A DNA stretch of 64,000 nucleotides, taken from assembly GCF_009914755.1 (NCBI RefSeq), contig NC_060939.1. The stretch is one strand, 5' to 3'. The notes under the pieces were generated by a model. The model saw only the letters and a program-made list of their open reading frames with translations, was not told where the DNA came from and made no database searches. The stretch comes from the human T2T-CHM13v2.0 reference genome, Homo sapiens. Every line of letters starts with the position of its first letter. The first letter of the stretch is position 1. The translations under genes and the position numbers were made by a program. Positions 20,749 through 30,467 of this stretch are shown here, one piece after another.

Positions 20749-23730
20749 TCACCGGTAGTGTGGCCCGCAGGGACGCCGACCTGCTGGAGCGTCGTGCCAG
20801 CATGGGCTGTGGCAACCACGTGGGCCAGCAGGAGGTTCCCGCTGCACAGCTGTGGGGTGAGGATAGACTGGGTGGTGATATCGGCCATTACAGGGGCCTC
20901 TTCTGCTGGCAAGAGTGTGACAGTAGCAAGTAGATGGACAGGCCTGCGTGTGAGGACGGAATGCAGGAGGGGTTCTTGTGCGCCTGGGTGTGGGGCCCTC
21001 ACGGGAACCGTGGAGAAATGGCCAGGTAACTGCGTCATGTGGGCTAGTAGATTGGCCAGGGCTTCGAACTGAAGGACGATAATGGGGAGTAGCTGTCAGG
21101 CCCTGGGAGTGCCTGAGTGTAAGTGGAGATGGGTTTGGGGTCACTGAGGGATGCGTGGGAGCCATCCCTGTATAGGTACAGGTCATAGGGAGATAGTCTC
21201 GTGAGGCCTGTGAGTGTCTAGGGTTGTCCTGGGTGCCTGGGGCTGACTGTGGCAGAAATCTGGGGAAGGCTGGAGAGAAGCTGGGAGACCCAGGAGAGTC
21301 CCTGAAGGCAGGGGGTGAAGAGGTGAAAGAAATGGGGGAGGGTTGCAGTAAGGTCCGTGAGTTTGTAGGTGATTCCTGGGTGCGGGAAGCTGACTCCAGG
21401 TGAAATCTGGAGATGGTTGGAGAGTAGCTGAGAGAGACAGAAGAGTCCCTGAGGGCTGGGGGTGAGAACATGAGGGAGACGGGGGAGTAAGTCAGTGAAA
21501 TTCGTGAGTTCGGTGGTGTATCGTGGGTGCCTGGAACTGACTCCAGCTGGAATCTAGAGAAGTTTTGAGAGTAGCTGAAGGAGACACAAGAGTCCCTGTG
21601 GGCTGAGGGCAAAGACCTGAGAGAGACCAGGGAGGACCTCAGTGAAGTCTGTGAGTCTGTAGGTGATTCCGGAGTGTGGGAGGCTGACTCCCGCTGAAAT
21701 CTGGGCGTGGTGGGAGAGTAGCTGGGACAGACAGGAGAGTCCCAGGGGGCTGGGGGTGAAGACATGAGAGAGACTGGGGAGTAACTCAGTGAAATTGCTG
21801 AGTTGGTTGGTGATACCTGGGTGCCTGGAACTGACCCCCGCTGAAATCTGGGCATAGTTGGAGAGTAGCTGGGACACACAGGAGAGTCCCTGAGGGCTGG
21901 GGGTGAAGACATGAGCGAGACCGGGGAGTAACTGAGTGAAACGGGTGAGTTTGGTGGTGACTCCGGGGTGCCTGGAACTGACTCCAGCTGAAATGTGGGC
22001 GTGGTTGGAGAGTAGCTGGGACAGACAGGAGAGTCCCTGAGGACTGGTGAAGACATGAGAGAGAGTGGAGAGTAATTGAGTGAAATTGGTGAGTTTAGTG
22101 GTGATTCCTGGGTGCCTGGAACTGACTCCCGCTGAAGTGTGGGCGTGGTTGGAGAGTAGCTGGGACACACAGGAGAGTCCCTGAGGGTTGGAGATAAAGA
22201 CGTGCTAGAGACTGAGGAGTAACTGAGTGAAATTGGTGAGTTTGGTGGTGATTCCGGGGTGCCTGGAACGGACTCCAGCTGAAATGTGGGCGTGGTTGGA
22301 GAGTAGCTGGGACAGACGGGAGAGTCCCTGAGGGATGGTGAAGACATGAGAGAGACTGGGGAGTAACGCAGTGAAATTGGTGAGTTTGGTGGTGATTTCT
22401 GGGTGCCTGCAACGGACTCCCGCTGAAGTGTGGGCGTGCTTGGAGAGTAGCTGGGACAGACAGGCGAGTCCCTGAGGGTTGGAGATAAAGACGTGCTGGA
22501 GACTGGGGAGTAACTCAGTGAAAGTGGTGGGCTTGGTGGTGATCCCAGGGTTCCTGGAACTGACCCGCGCTGAAATGTGGGCGTGGTTGGAGAGTAGCTG
22601 GGACAGACTGGAGGGTCCGTAAGGGCTGGGGGTGAAGACGTGAGAGAGACTGGCGAGGATCTCACTGAGGTCTGTGAGTTTGTAGGTGTTTCTGGGGTGT
22701 GGGGTACAGACTCCCGCTGAAATCTGGGCGTAGTTGGAGAGTAGCTGGGACAGACAGGAGAGTCATGGGTGGCTGGGGGTGAGCTGCTGGATGATGGCAG
22801 TAAGAACATATGGTACATTATTGATGAATGAGGTGACTGTGAAGAATCTCCAGAGGAGGACACGGGAGAACACAATGACATGAGTGACTGTCCTGCTTGG
22901 TTAGGAAAGGGAAACGTAAAGTTGTGGAATTCTGTTGATGATGGATGTGAGAGTGGTGAAGCCCTGCGGGATGATGTAGAGGACTTCCACATCCCTGGTG
23001 AGGAGCTGCCCCTTGGGTCTGAGTTTCTGGGAGGGGAGAGGGAGAAGCTGGGTGAGGCAGGCATGAATCTTGAGGAGTCAGGGCTGGGGGACCGCTCATA
23101 TTCTCCCGAGACCTGTGAGTCTCTGGGGGACTCCTGGGTGCATGGGGCTGACTCCCGCAGGAACCTGGGGATGGCTGGAGAGTAACTGGGAGCCACAGGA
23201 GGGTCCCTGAGGCCTGGGGGTGAAGAGATGCAAGACACAGGGGTGGAGCAGCGTGAGGCTCGTGAGTTTGTAGGTGATTCCTGGGTGTGGGGGGCTGACT
23301 CCAGCTGAAATCTGGGGTTGTTTGGAGAGTAGCTGGGAGACACAGGAGACCCCCCGAGAGCTGGGGGTGAGCTGCTGGGTGATGGCAGTAAGAACATGTG
23401 GTATATTATTGATGAACGTGGGGACTCTGAGGAGTCCTCAGAGGAGGACACGGCAGAGCCCAATGGCTTCATTGATTGCCCATCACGGTGAGGACAGGGA
23501 AATGGGAGCTTGTGGGATTCTGGTGATGACAGAGGTGAGTGTGGTGAAGCCCTAGGGGATGGTGAATGGTAGTTCCGGATCCCTGGTGAGGAGCTTCCCC
23601 TTAAGCCTGAGTTTCTGAGAGGGGAGAGGGAGAAGCTGGGTGAGGCTCGCATGGACCTTGGGGTGTCCGTGCTGGGGGACCGTTCATAAGAAGAGCCAGA
23701 CAAGACCCTACTGTTCTTAGTTGCAGACAT
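20749..23730 (-). CDS. Putative 993-aa CTD-like heptad-repeat protein (copy 2)
   Basis: Intact ORF, same architecture; about 17 YSP motifs. Confidence 0.55.
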   Translation of the reverse strand: MSATKNSRVLSGSSYERSPSTDTPRSMRASPSFSLSPLRNSGLRGSSSPGIRNYHSPSPRASPHSPLSSPESHKLPFPCPHRDGQSMKPLGSAVSSSEDSSESPRSSIIYHMFLLPSPSSSPPALGGSPVSPSYSPNNPRFQLESAPHTQESPTNSRASRCSTPVSCISSPPGLRDPPVAPSYSPAIPRFLRESAPCTQESPRDSQVSGEYERSPSPDSSRFMPASPSFSLSPPRNSDPRGSSSPGMWKSSTSSRRASPLSHPSSTEFHNFTFPFPNQAGQSLMSLCSPVSSSGDSSQSPHSSIMYHMFLLPSSSSSPPATHDSPVCPSYSPTTPRFQRESVPHTPETPTNSQTSVRSSPVSLTSSPPALTDPPVCPSYSPTTPTFQRGSVPGTLGSPPSPPLSLSYSPVSSTSLSPTLRDSPVCPSYSPSTPTLQRESVAGTQKSPPNSPISLRYSPVSLMSSPSLRDSPVCPSYSPTTPTFQLESVPGTPESPPNSPISLSYSSVSSTSLSPTLRDSPVCPSYSPTTPTLQRESVPGTQESPLNSPISLNYSPLSLMSSPVLRDSPVCPSYSPTTPTFQLESVPGTPESPPNSPVSLSYSPVSLMSSPPALRDSPVCPSYSPTMPRFQRGSVPGTQVSPTNSAISLSYSPVSLMSSPPAPWDSPVCPSYSPTTPRFQRESASHTPESPTDSQTSLRSSLVSLRSLPSAHRDSCVSFSYSQNFSRFQLESVPGTHDTPPNSRISLTYSPVSLMFSPPALRDSSVSLSYSPTISRFHLESASRTQESPTNSRTLLQPSPISFTSSPPAFRDSPGSPSFSPAFPRFLPQSAPGTQDNPRHSQASRDYLPMTCTYTGMAPTHPSVTPNPSPLTLRHSQGLTATPHYRPSVRSPGQSTSPHDAVTWPFLHGSREGPTPRRTRTPPAFRPHTQACPSTCYCHTLASRRGPCNGRYHHPVYPHPTAVQREPPAGPRGCHSPCWHDAPAGRRPCGPHYR

Positions 23731-23805
23731 GATTAGGAAACCTGCAGCTCCCAGGGGCCCCCACTAATGTTCTAACTCGAAGAAGGAAGGAGTGTGTGTG
23801 CGTGT

Positions 23806-23837
<32 letters not shown>

Positions 23838-26800
23838 TTGTGTGTGTGCGGTGTGAGGTATGGGCCCCTTAAGGAAATGGAAATCAACCAACCAATGGGA
23901 CAGACAGACAGACAGACAGACAGAGATTCACTTGCCCAAGTGTTCTGTCCTGTCCTCTGAATCCGCTTCCAAGTCGCAAGACGCTGTGAGCTCCAAGTCC
24001 ACGCAGAGTCCGCCAAACGCTGCGGCCGCTGATCCGCTCCGCCAAGATCTGAGTACAGGCCAGCCAGGGTGGGTTTAAATAGCCTCGGGCGCAGCCTAGC
24101 AGCGGAAAGGGCGGAGCTTCACTCCTCCTTTCCATCAGTCACCCCCAACTTTCCCAGGCTACACCTCGTAGGAAACTGTTCTCCTGCTTTGATTTCATGC
24201 GCCACCTTTGGGACAATCTAAGAACTTACAGGTTTTCTTGGCCAGATTTATTAGGAATTGTATGCACTGAAACACTGAAAACCAACTAGTGGTTCTGTGC
24301 TTCCCACGTTGTGGTTTTGACACCAGCAGCATCCTTGCCACAATCAAACCCCGGAGATCCGCAGATCTGTGTTGTAACAAGACCTCCCCCTGACCCTGAA
24401 GCGTGGCAGTTGAAGAAGTCTTTCCGTGTACGCGAAAAGACTTTGAAGAAAAGGTGGAGATATGCGTTGTATAAACATTCTTTTGCTCTGGAACCACGTA
24501 GAGACTTGGGAGCCAGTTGGGTGGAGCATTCGTTGGATGAGGGTGCTCGGGTTAGGAATATCAAGGTGTTTCTCCAGATAATCCAATCATCTAATTAAGA
24601 TTCCAGTTATGCTCATCTGTTTTAAAATTCCGTTTGGGTAAATTCTTTTAGTCAGACTGAGAATGGCAAAGCCTCAACCCCAATTTCCAGGGAGGGTGGA
24701 GAGCCTCAGGTGGAGTTGATCACCAATAGCCTATGGTTTAACCCATCATGCCTATAGAATGAGGTCTCCATCAAAACCCAAAAGGACTGGGTTCAGAGAG
24801 CTTCTGGATAACACTTCCTGGAAGGTAGTGCGCCCCTCCCCGCATGGCGGGCCCCACATTTATTTCTGAACTTTGTGCAATGTCCGCTAAAATACAACGG
24901 CAAATGTAAGTGTTTCCCTGCGTGCTGTGAGCTCTTCCAGCAAATGAATGCAACTAAATCTGGGAGTGGTGGCAACCTGATTTATAGCCAGTTGCTGAGA
25001 AGCACAGGTAAAACAACGTAGGGCTTCCCATTGTTATTGGTGTGGGAGGCCTGTCTGGCGGGACTCGGCCCTTTGGAATCTAATGCTATGTCCCGGTAGA
25101 TAGCGTCACCATTGAATTAGAAGACACACATATGTGGAGAATAATCTTTCTGGTCATTTAGTGCATGTCATATTTACAATATGTAATCAAATTCTTTATC
25201 CTGACCTCATGGCACCTGGGTTTAGGACCATGATTTGAACCAAACGTTGGTCTGTCACTTTCTGAGTTTGAAACTTTATTTTGCCTTTAGCGTTTTGCTA
25301 TTGCTTTTTCGTTTTCTTTTGTTTCGTTTCGTTTCTAAGTTCTGGGGTATATGTGCAGGATGTGCAGATTTGTTACTAAGGTAAACGTGTGCCATTTTTG
25401 TTTGCTGCACCTGTCAACCCGTCACCTAGGTATTAAGCCCAGCATGCAGTAGCTGTTTTTCTTAACGCTCTGCCTCCCGAAAGGCCCCAGTGTGTGTTGT
25501 TCCCCTTCCTGTGTCCATGGGATCTCACTTTTCAGCTCCCATTATAAGTGAGAAGGTGGCGTTTGGTTTTCTTTCCCTGGATTAGTTTGCTGACGATAAT
25601 GACCACACATCACCACTGTTTTTGTTTTTTAGTATAAAGAGTAGTATTTTATTGAATAAGATTTGCTCACAGAAAAATAAGTTTAAATCTACAATGAATG
25701 CCAGACCCTACAGCAGAAAGCAATTTTCTCACTTTTCCACACACAATGGTTCCTACTAAGTGAAAAAAAAGCCATAAAATTTCATTCACAAATGTACTAC
25801 TCTGTCTCAAAACATCTCACGTAATCATGCACTGTACTAAAGCCATCAGATCAGTTCTTCAGTCAGGTTAAAGAAGTATCCCTCTAATAACTGACTCTTA
25901 TAATGCTATCAATATGCACTCCCAATCAGTCTGCCATTGTTAATGGTGTACAGCATTACTGAATACAACGGAATTGATGACGCCCATATCCACAGACAAA
26001 CCGTGACTTATGATGGTTTGATTTATGATTTTTCAACGTTATGATGGGTTTATTGGAATATTAGATTCGTTTCTGAGTTACACTGGGTTTATGAGTATGC
26101 GACCCTACACTCCAGAAACAGCTGTATAAGGAAAAACAGGTGTACCTAATAAAAATATGCTTAGTGACTTGGGATAAACCAATAGATGTTCACAAGTGAT
26201 GGAGAGCCGTGAAAGAGAGATAGCGGTAAATAGTTACAATAACACAATTTTCCTGCACCTGTCGAGGATTTCCCCCAAAAAACGCAGAATGTGGGATGCA
26301 CCTAAGGCATATGAAAGACAGAGGGCAGAAGGAGTAAGAGAGAAATAGGAGGAAGGAAGGAAGGAAGCAAGGAAGAAAGGAAGGAAGGAAAGAAGGAAGG
26401 TAGGACGGACGGAAGGAAGGAAGGAAGGAAGGAAGGAAGGAAGGAAAGAAGGAAGGAAGGAAGGAAGGAAAGAAGGATGAAAGGAAGGAGAAAACACCGG
26501 TGTTACTAAAACCCCCCAAAAAATGGTTTCCCCCTGTGGGTAAGCCTACAATGTGGATGAATCTTGAAAATATTGTGCTACGTGTTATGTCAGTCATAGC
26601 AGCTCACCTATTGTGCAATTCCGTTTATAGGAAATGTCCACAATATGGAAATCTATGCATATGGGATTGATCGCACTAGGTAGTTGCTACCTAGGGCTGA
26701 GGGTCAGGGAGAGGGTTTGAGACAGAATGAGGAGTGACTAATGTCTACAGGGTCTTTCTCTGGTCGGGGGTGATAAGACGTTTTACAATGGATTGCGAAT

Positions 26801-27086
26801 TAAAATTGAATGTGCACAACCACAGGTATACTAAAAGCCACTCAATTCATGACCTTTAATGGGGGAATCTTACGTGGCGTAGTCTCATGGAGACCACGGC
26901 AGACATAGTGAGAGAGAAAAAGGTGAGTAAATATCTGAAACGGAGGCAGAAACAGAGAGAATGAAAAGCCCTGTGAATGGAAGGGAGAGCGAAAAGGGAA
27001 AATGGTCCTATTTACAAATGACAGATGTGAAACTGGGGTTCACATCAACAGTGTCACTGCCAGGAAGGAGGGTCATGCTAGCCATG

Positions 27087-30000
27087 TCACCGGTAGTGTG
27101 GCCCGCAGGGACGCCGACCTGCTGGAGCGTCGTGCCAGCATGGGCTGTGGCAACCACGTGGGCCAGCAGGAGGTTCCCGCTGCACAGCTGTGGGGTGAGG
27201 ATAGACTGGGTGGTGATATCGGCCATTACAGGGGCCTCTTCTGCTGGCAAGAGTGTGACAGTAGCAAGTAGATGGACAGGCCTGCGTGTGAGGACGGAAT
27301 GCAGGAGGGGTTCTTGTGCGCCTGGGTGTGGGGCCCTCACGGGAACCGTGGAGAAATGGCCAGGTAACTGCGTCATGTGGGCTAGTAGATTGGCCAGGGC
27401 TTCGAACTGAAGGACGATAATGGGGAGTAGCTGTCAGGCCCTGGGAGTGCCTGAGTGTAAGTGGAGATGGGTTTGGGGTCACTGAGGGATGCGTGGGAGC
27501 CATCCCTGTATAGGTACAGGTCATAGGGAGATAGTCTCGTGAGGCCTGTGAGTGTCTAGGGTTGTCCTGGGTGCCTGGGGCTGACTGTGGCAGAAATCTG
27601 GGGAAGGCTGGAGAGAAGCTGGGAGACCCAGGAGAGTCCCTGAAGGCAGGGGGTGAAGAGGTGAAAGAAATGGGGGAGGGTTGCAGTAAGGTCCGTGAGT
27701 TTGTAGGTGATTCCTGGGTGCGGGAAGCTGACTCCAGGTGAAATCTGGAGATGGTTGGAGAGTAGCTGAGAGAGACAGAAGAGTCCCTGAGGGCTGGGGG
27801 TGAGAACATGAGGGAGACGGGGGAGTAAGTCAGTGAAATTCGTGAGTTCGGTGGTGTATCGTGGGTGCCTGGAACTGACTCCAGCTGGAATCTAGAGAAG
27901 TTTTGAGAGTAGCTGAAGGAGACACAAGAGTCCCTGTGGGCTGAGGGCAAAGACCTGAGAGAGACCAGGGAGGACCTCAGTGAAGTCTGTGAGTCTGTAG
28001 GTGATTCCGGAGTGTGGGAGGCTGACTCCCGCTGAAATCTGGGCGTGGTGGGAGAGTAGCTGGGACAGACAGGAGAGTCCCAGGGGGCTGGGGGTGAAGA
28101 CATGAGAGAGACTGGGGAGTAACTCAGTGAAATTGCTGAGTTGGTTGGTGATACCTGGGTGCCTGGAACTGACCCCCGCTGAAATCTGGGCATAGTTGGA
28201 GAGTAGCTGGGACACACAGGAGAGTCCCTGAGGGCTGGGGGTGAAGACATGAGCGAGACCGGGGAGTAACTGAGTGAAACTGGTGAGTTTGGTGGTGACT
28301 CCGGGGTGCCTGGAACTGACTCCAGCTGAAATGTGGGCGTGGTTGGAGAGTAGCTGGGACAGACAGGAGAGTCCCTGAGGACTGGTGAAGACATGAGAGA
28401 GAGTGGAGAGTAATTGAGTGAAATTGGTGAGTTTAGTGGTGATTCCTGGGTGCCTGGAACTGACTCCCGCTGAAGTGTGGGCGTGGTTGGAGAGTAGCTG
28501 GGACACACAGGAGAGTCCCTGAGGGTTGGAGATAAAGACGTGCTAGAGACTGAGGAGTAACTGAGTGAAATTGGTGAGTTTGGTGGTGATTCCGGGGTGC
28601 CTGGAACGGACTCCAGCTGAAATGTGGGCGTGGTTGGAGAGTAGCTGGGACAGACGGGAGAGTCCCTGAGGGATGGTGAAGACATGAGAGAGACTGGGGA
28701 GTAACGCAGTGAAATTGGTGAGTTTGGTGGTGATTTCTGGGTGCCTGCAACGGACTCCCGCTGAAGTGTGGGCGTGCTTGGAGAGTAGCTGGGACAGACA
28801 GGCGAGTCCCTGAGGGTTGGAGATAAAGACGTGCTAGAGACTGAGGAGTAACTGAGTGAAATTGGTGAGTTTGGTGGTGATTCCGGGGTGCCTGGAACGG
28901 ACTCCAGCTGAAATGTGGGCGTGGTTGGAGAGTAGCTGGGACAGACGGGAGAGTCCCTGAGGGATGGTGAAGACATGAGAGAGACTGGGGAGTAACGCAG
29001 TGAAATTGGTGAGTTTGGTGGTGATTTCTGGGTGCCTGCAACGGACTCCCGCTGAAGTGTGGGCGTGCTTGGAGAGTAGCTGGGACAGACAGGCGAGTCC
29101 CTGAGGGTTGGAGATAAATACGTGCTGGAGACTGGGGAGTAACTCAGTGAAAGTGGTGGGCTTGGTGGTGATCCCAGGGTTCCTGGAACTGACCCGCGCT
29201 GAAATGTGGGCGTGGTTGGAGAGTAGCTGGGACAGACTGGAGGGTCCGTAAGGGCTGGGGGTGAAGACGTGAGAGAGACTGGCGAGGATCTCACTGAGGT
29301 CTGTGAGTTTGTAGGTGTTTCTGGGGTGTGGGGTACAGACTCCCGCTGAAATCTGGGCGTAGTTGGAGAGTAGCTGGGACAGACAGGAGAGTCATGGGTG
29401 GCTGGGGGTGAGCTGCTGGATGATGGCAGTAAGAACATATGGTACATTATTGATGAATGAGGTGACTGTGAAGAATCTCCAGATGAGGACACGGGAGAAC
29501 ACAATGACATGAGTGACTGTCCTGCTTGGTTAGGAAAGGGAAACGTAAAGTTGTGGAATTCTGTTGATGATGGATGTGAGAGTGGTGAAGCCCTGCGGGA
29601 TGATGTAGAGGACTTCCACATCCCTGGTGAGGAGCTGCCCCTTGGGTCTGAGTTTCTGGGAGGGGAGAGGGAGAAGCTGGGTGAGGCAGGCATGAATCTT
29701 GAGGAGTCAGGGCTGGGGGACCGCTCATATTCTCCCGAGACCTGTGAGTCTCTGGTGGACTCCTGGGTGCATGGGGCTGGCTCCCGCAGGAACCTGGGGA
29801 TGGCTGGAGAGTAACTGGGAGCCACAGGAGGGTCCCTGAGGCCTGGGGGTGAAGAGATGCAAGACACAGGGGTGGAGCAGCGTGAGGCTCGTGAGTTTGT
29901 AGGTGATTCCTGGGTGTGGGGGGCTGACTCCAGCTGAAATCTGGGGTTGTTTGGAGAGTAGCTGGGAGACACAGGAGACCCCCCGAGAGCTGGGGGTGAG

Positions 30001-30359
30001 CTGCTGGGTGATGGCAGTAAGAACATGTGGTATATTATTGATGAACGTGGGGACTCTGAGGAGTCCTCAGAGGAGGACACGGCAGAGCCCAATGGCTTCA
30101 TTGATTGCCCATCACGGTGAGGACAGGGAAATGGGAGCTTGTGGGATTCTGGTGATGACAGAGGTGAGTGTGGTGAAGCCCTAGGGGATGGTGAATGGTA
30201 GTTCCGGATCCCTGGTGAGGAGCTTCCCCTTAAGCCTGAGTTTCTGAGAGGGGAGAGGGAGAAGCTGGGTGAGGCTCGCATGGACCTTGGGGTGTCCGTG
30301 CTGGGGGACCGTTCATAAGAAGAGCCAGACAAGACCCTACTGTTCTTAGGTGCAGACAT
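27087..30359 (-). CDS. Putative 1090-aa CTD-like heptad-repeat protein (copy 3)
   Basis: Intact ORF; in-frame +291 bp (two monomers) relative to copy 2. Confidence 0.55.
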   Translation of the reverse strand: MSAPKNSRVLSGSSYERSPSTDTPRSMRASPSFSLSPLRNSGLRGSSSPGIRNYHSPSPRASPHSPLSSPESHKLPFPCPHRDGQSMKPLGSAVSSSEDSSESPRSSIIYHMFLLPSPSSSPPALGGSPVSPSYSPNNPRFQLESAPHTQESPTNSRASRCSTPVSCISSPPGLRDPPVAPSYSPAIPRFLREPAPCTQESTRDSQVSGEYERSPSPDSSRFMPASPSFSLSPPRNSDPRGSSSPGMWKSSTSSRRASPLSHPSSTEFHNFTFPFPNQAGQSLMSLCSPVSSSGDSSQSPHSSIMYHMFLLPSSSSSPPATHDSPVCPSYSPTTPRFQRESVPHTPETPTNSQTSVRSSPVSLTSSPPALTDPPVCPSYSPTTPTFQRGSVPGTLGSPPSPPLSLSYSPVSSTYLSPTLRDSPVCPSYSPSTPTLQRESVAGTQKSPPNSPISLRYSPVSLMSSPSLRDSPVCPSYSPTTPTFQLESVPGTPESPPNSPISLSYSSVSSTSLSPTLRDSPVCPSYSPSTPTLQRESVAGTQKSPPNSPISLRYSPVSLMSSPSLRDSPVCPSYSPTTPTFQLESVPGTPESPPNSPISLSYSSVSSTSLSPTLRDSPVCPSYSPTTPTLQRESVPGTQESPLNSPISLNYSPLSLMSSPVLRDSPVCPSYSPTTPTFQLESVPGTPESPPNSPVSLSYSPVSLMSSPPALRDSPVCPSYSPTMPRFQRGSVPGTQVSPTNSAISLSYSPVSLMSSPPAPWDSPVCPSYSPTTPRFQRESASHTPESPTDSQTSLRSSLVSLRSLPSAHRDSCVSFSYSQNFSRFQLESVPGTHDTPPNSRISLTYSPVSLMFSPPALRDSSVSLSYSPTISRFHLESASRTQESPTNSRTLLQPSPISFTSSPPAFRDSPGSPSFSPAFPRFLPQSAPGTQDNPRHSQASRDYLPMTCTYTGMAPTHPSVTPNPSPLTLRHSQGLTATPHYRPSVRSPGQSTSPHDAVTWPFLHGSREGPTPRRTRTPPAFRPHTQACPSTCYCHTLASRRGPCNGRYHHPVYPHPTAVQREPPAGPRGCHSPCWHDAPAGRRPCGPHYR

Positions 30360-30434
30360 GATTAGGAAACCTGCAGCTCCCAGGGGCCCCTACTAATGTT
30401 CTAACTCGCAGAAGGAAGGAGTGTGTGTGCGTGT

Positions 30435-30467
<33 letters not shown>

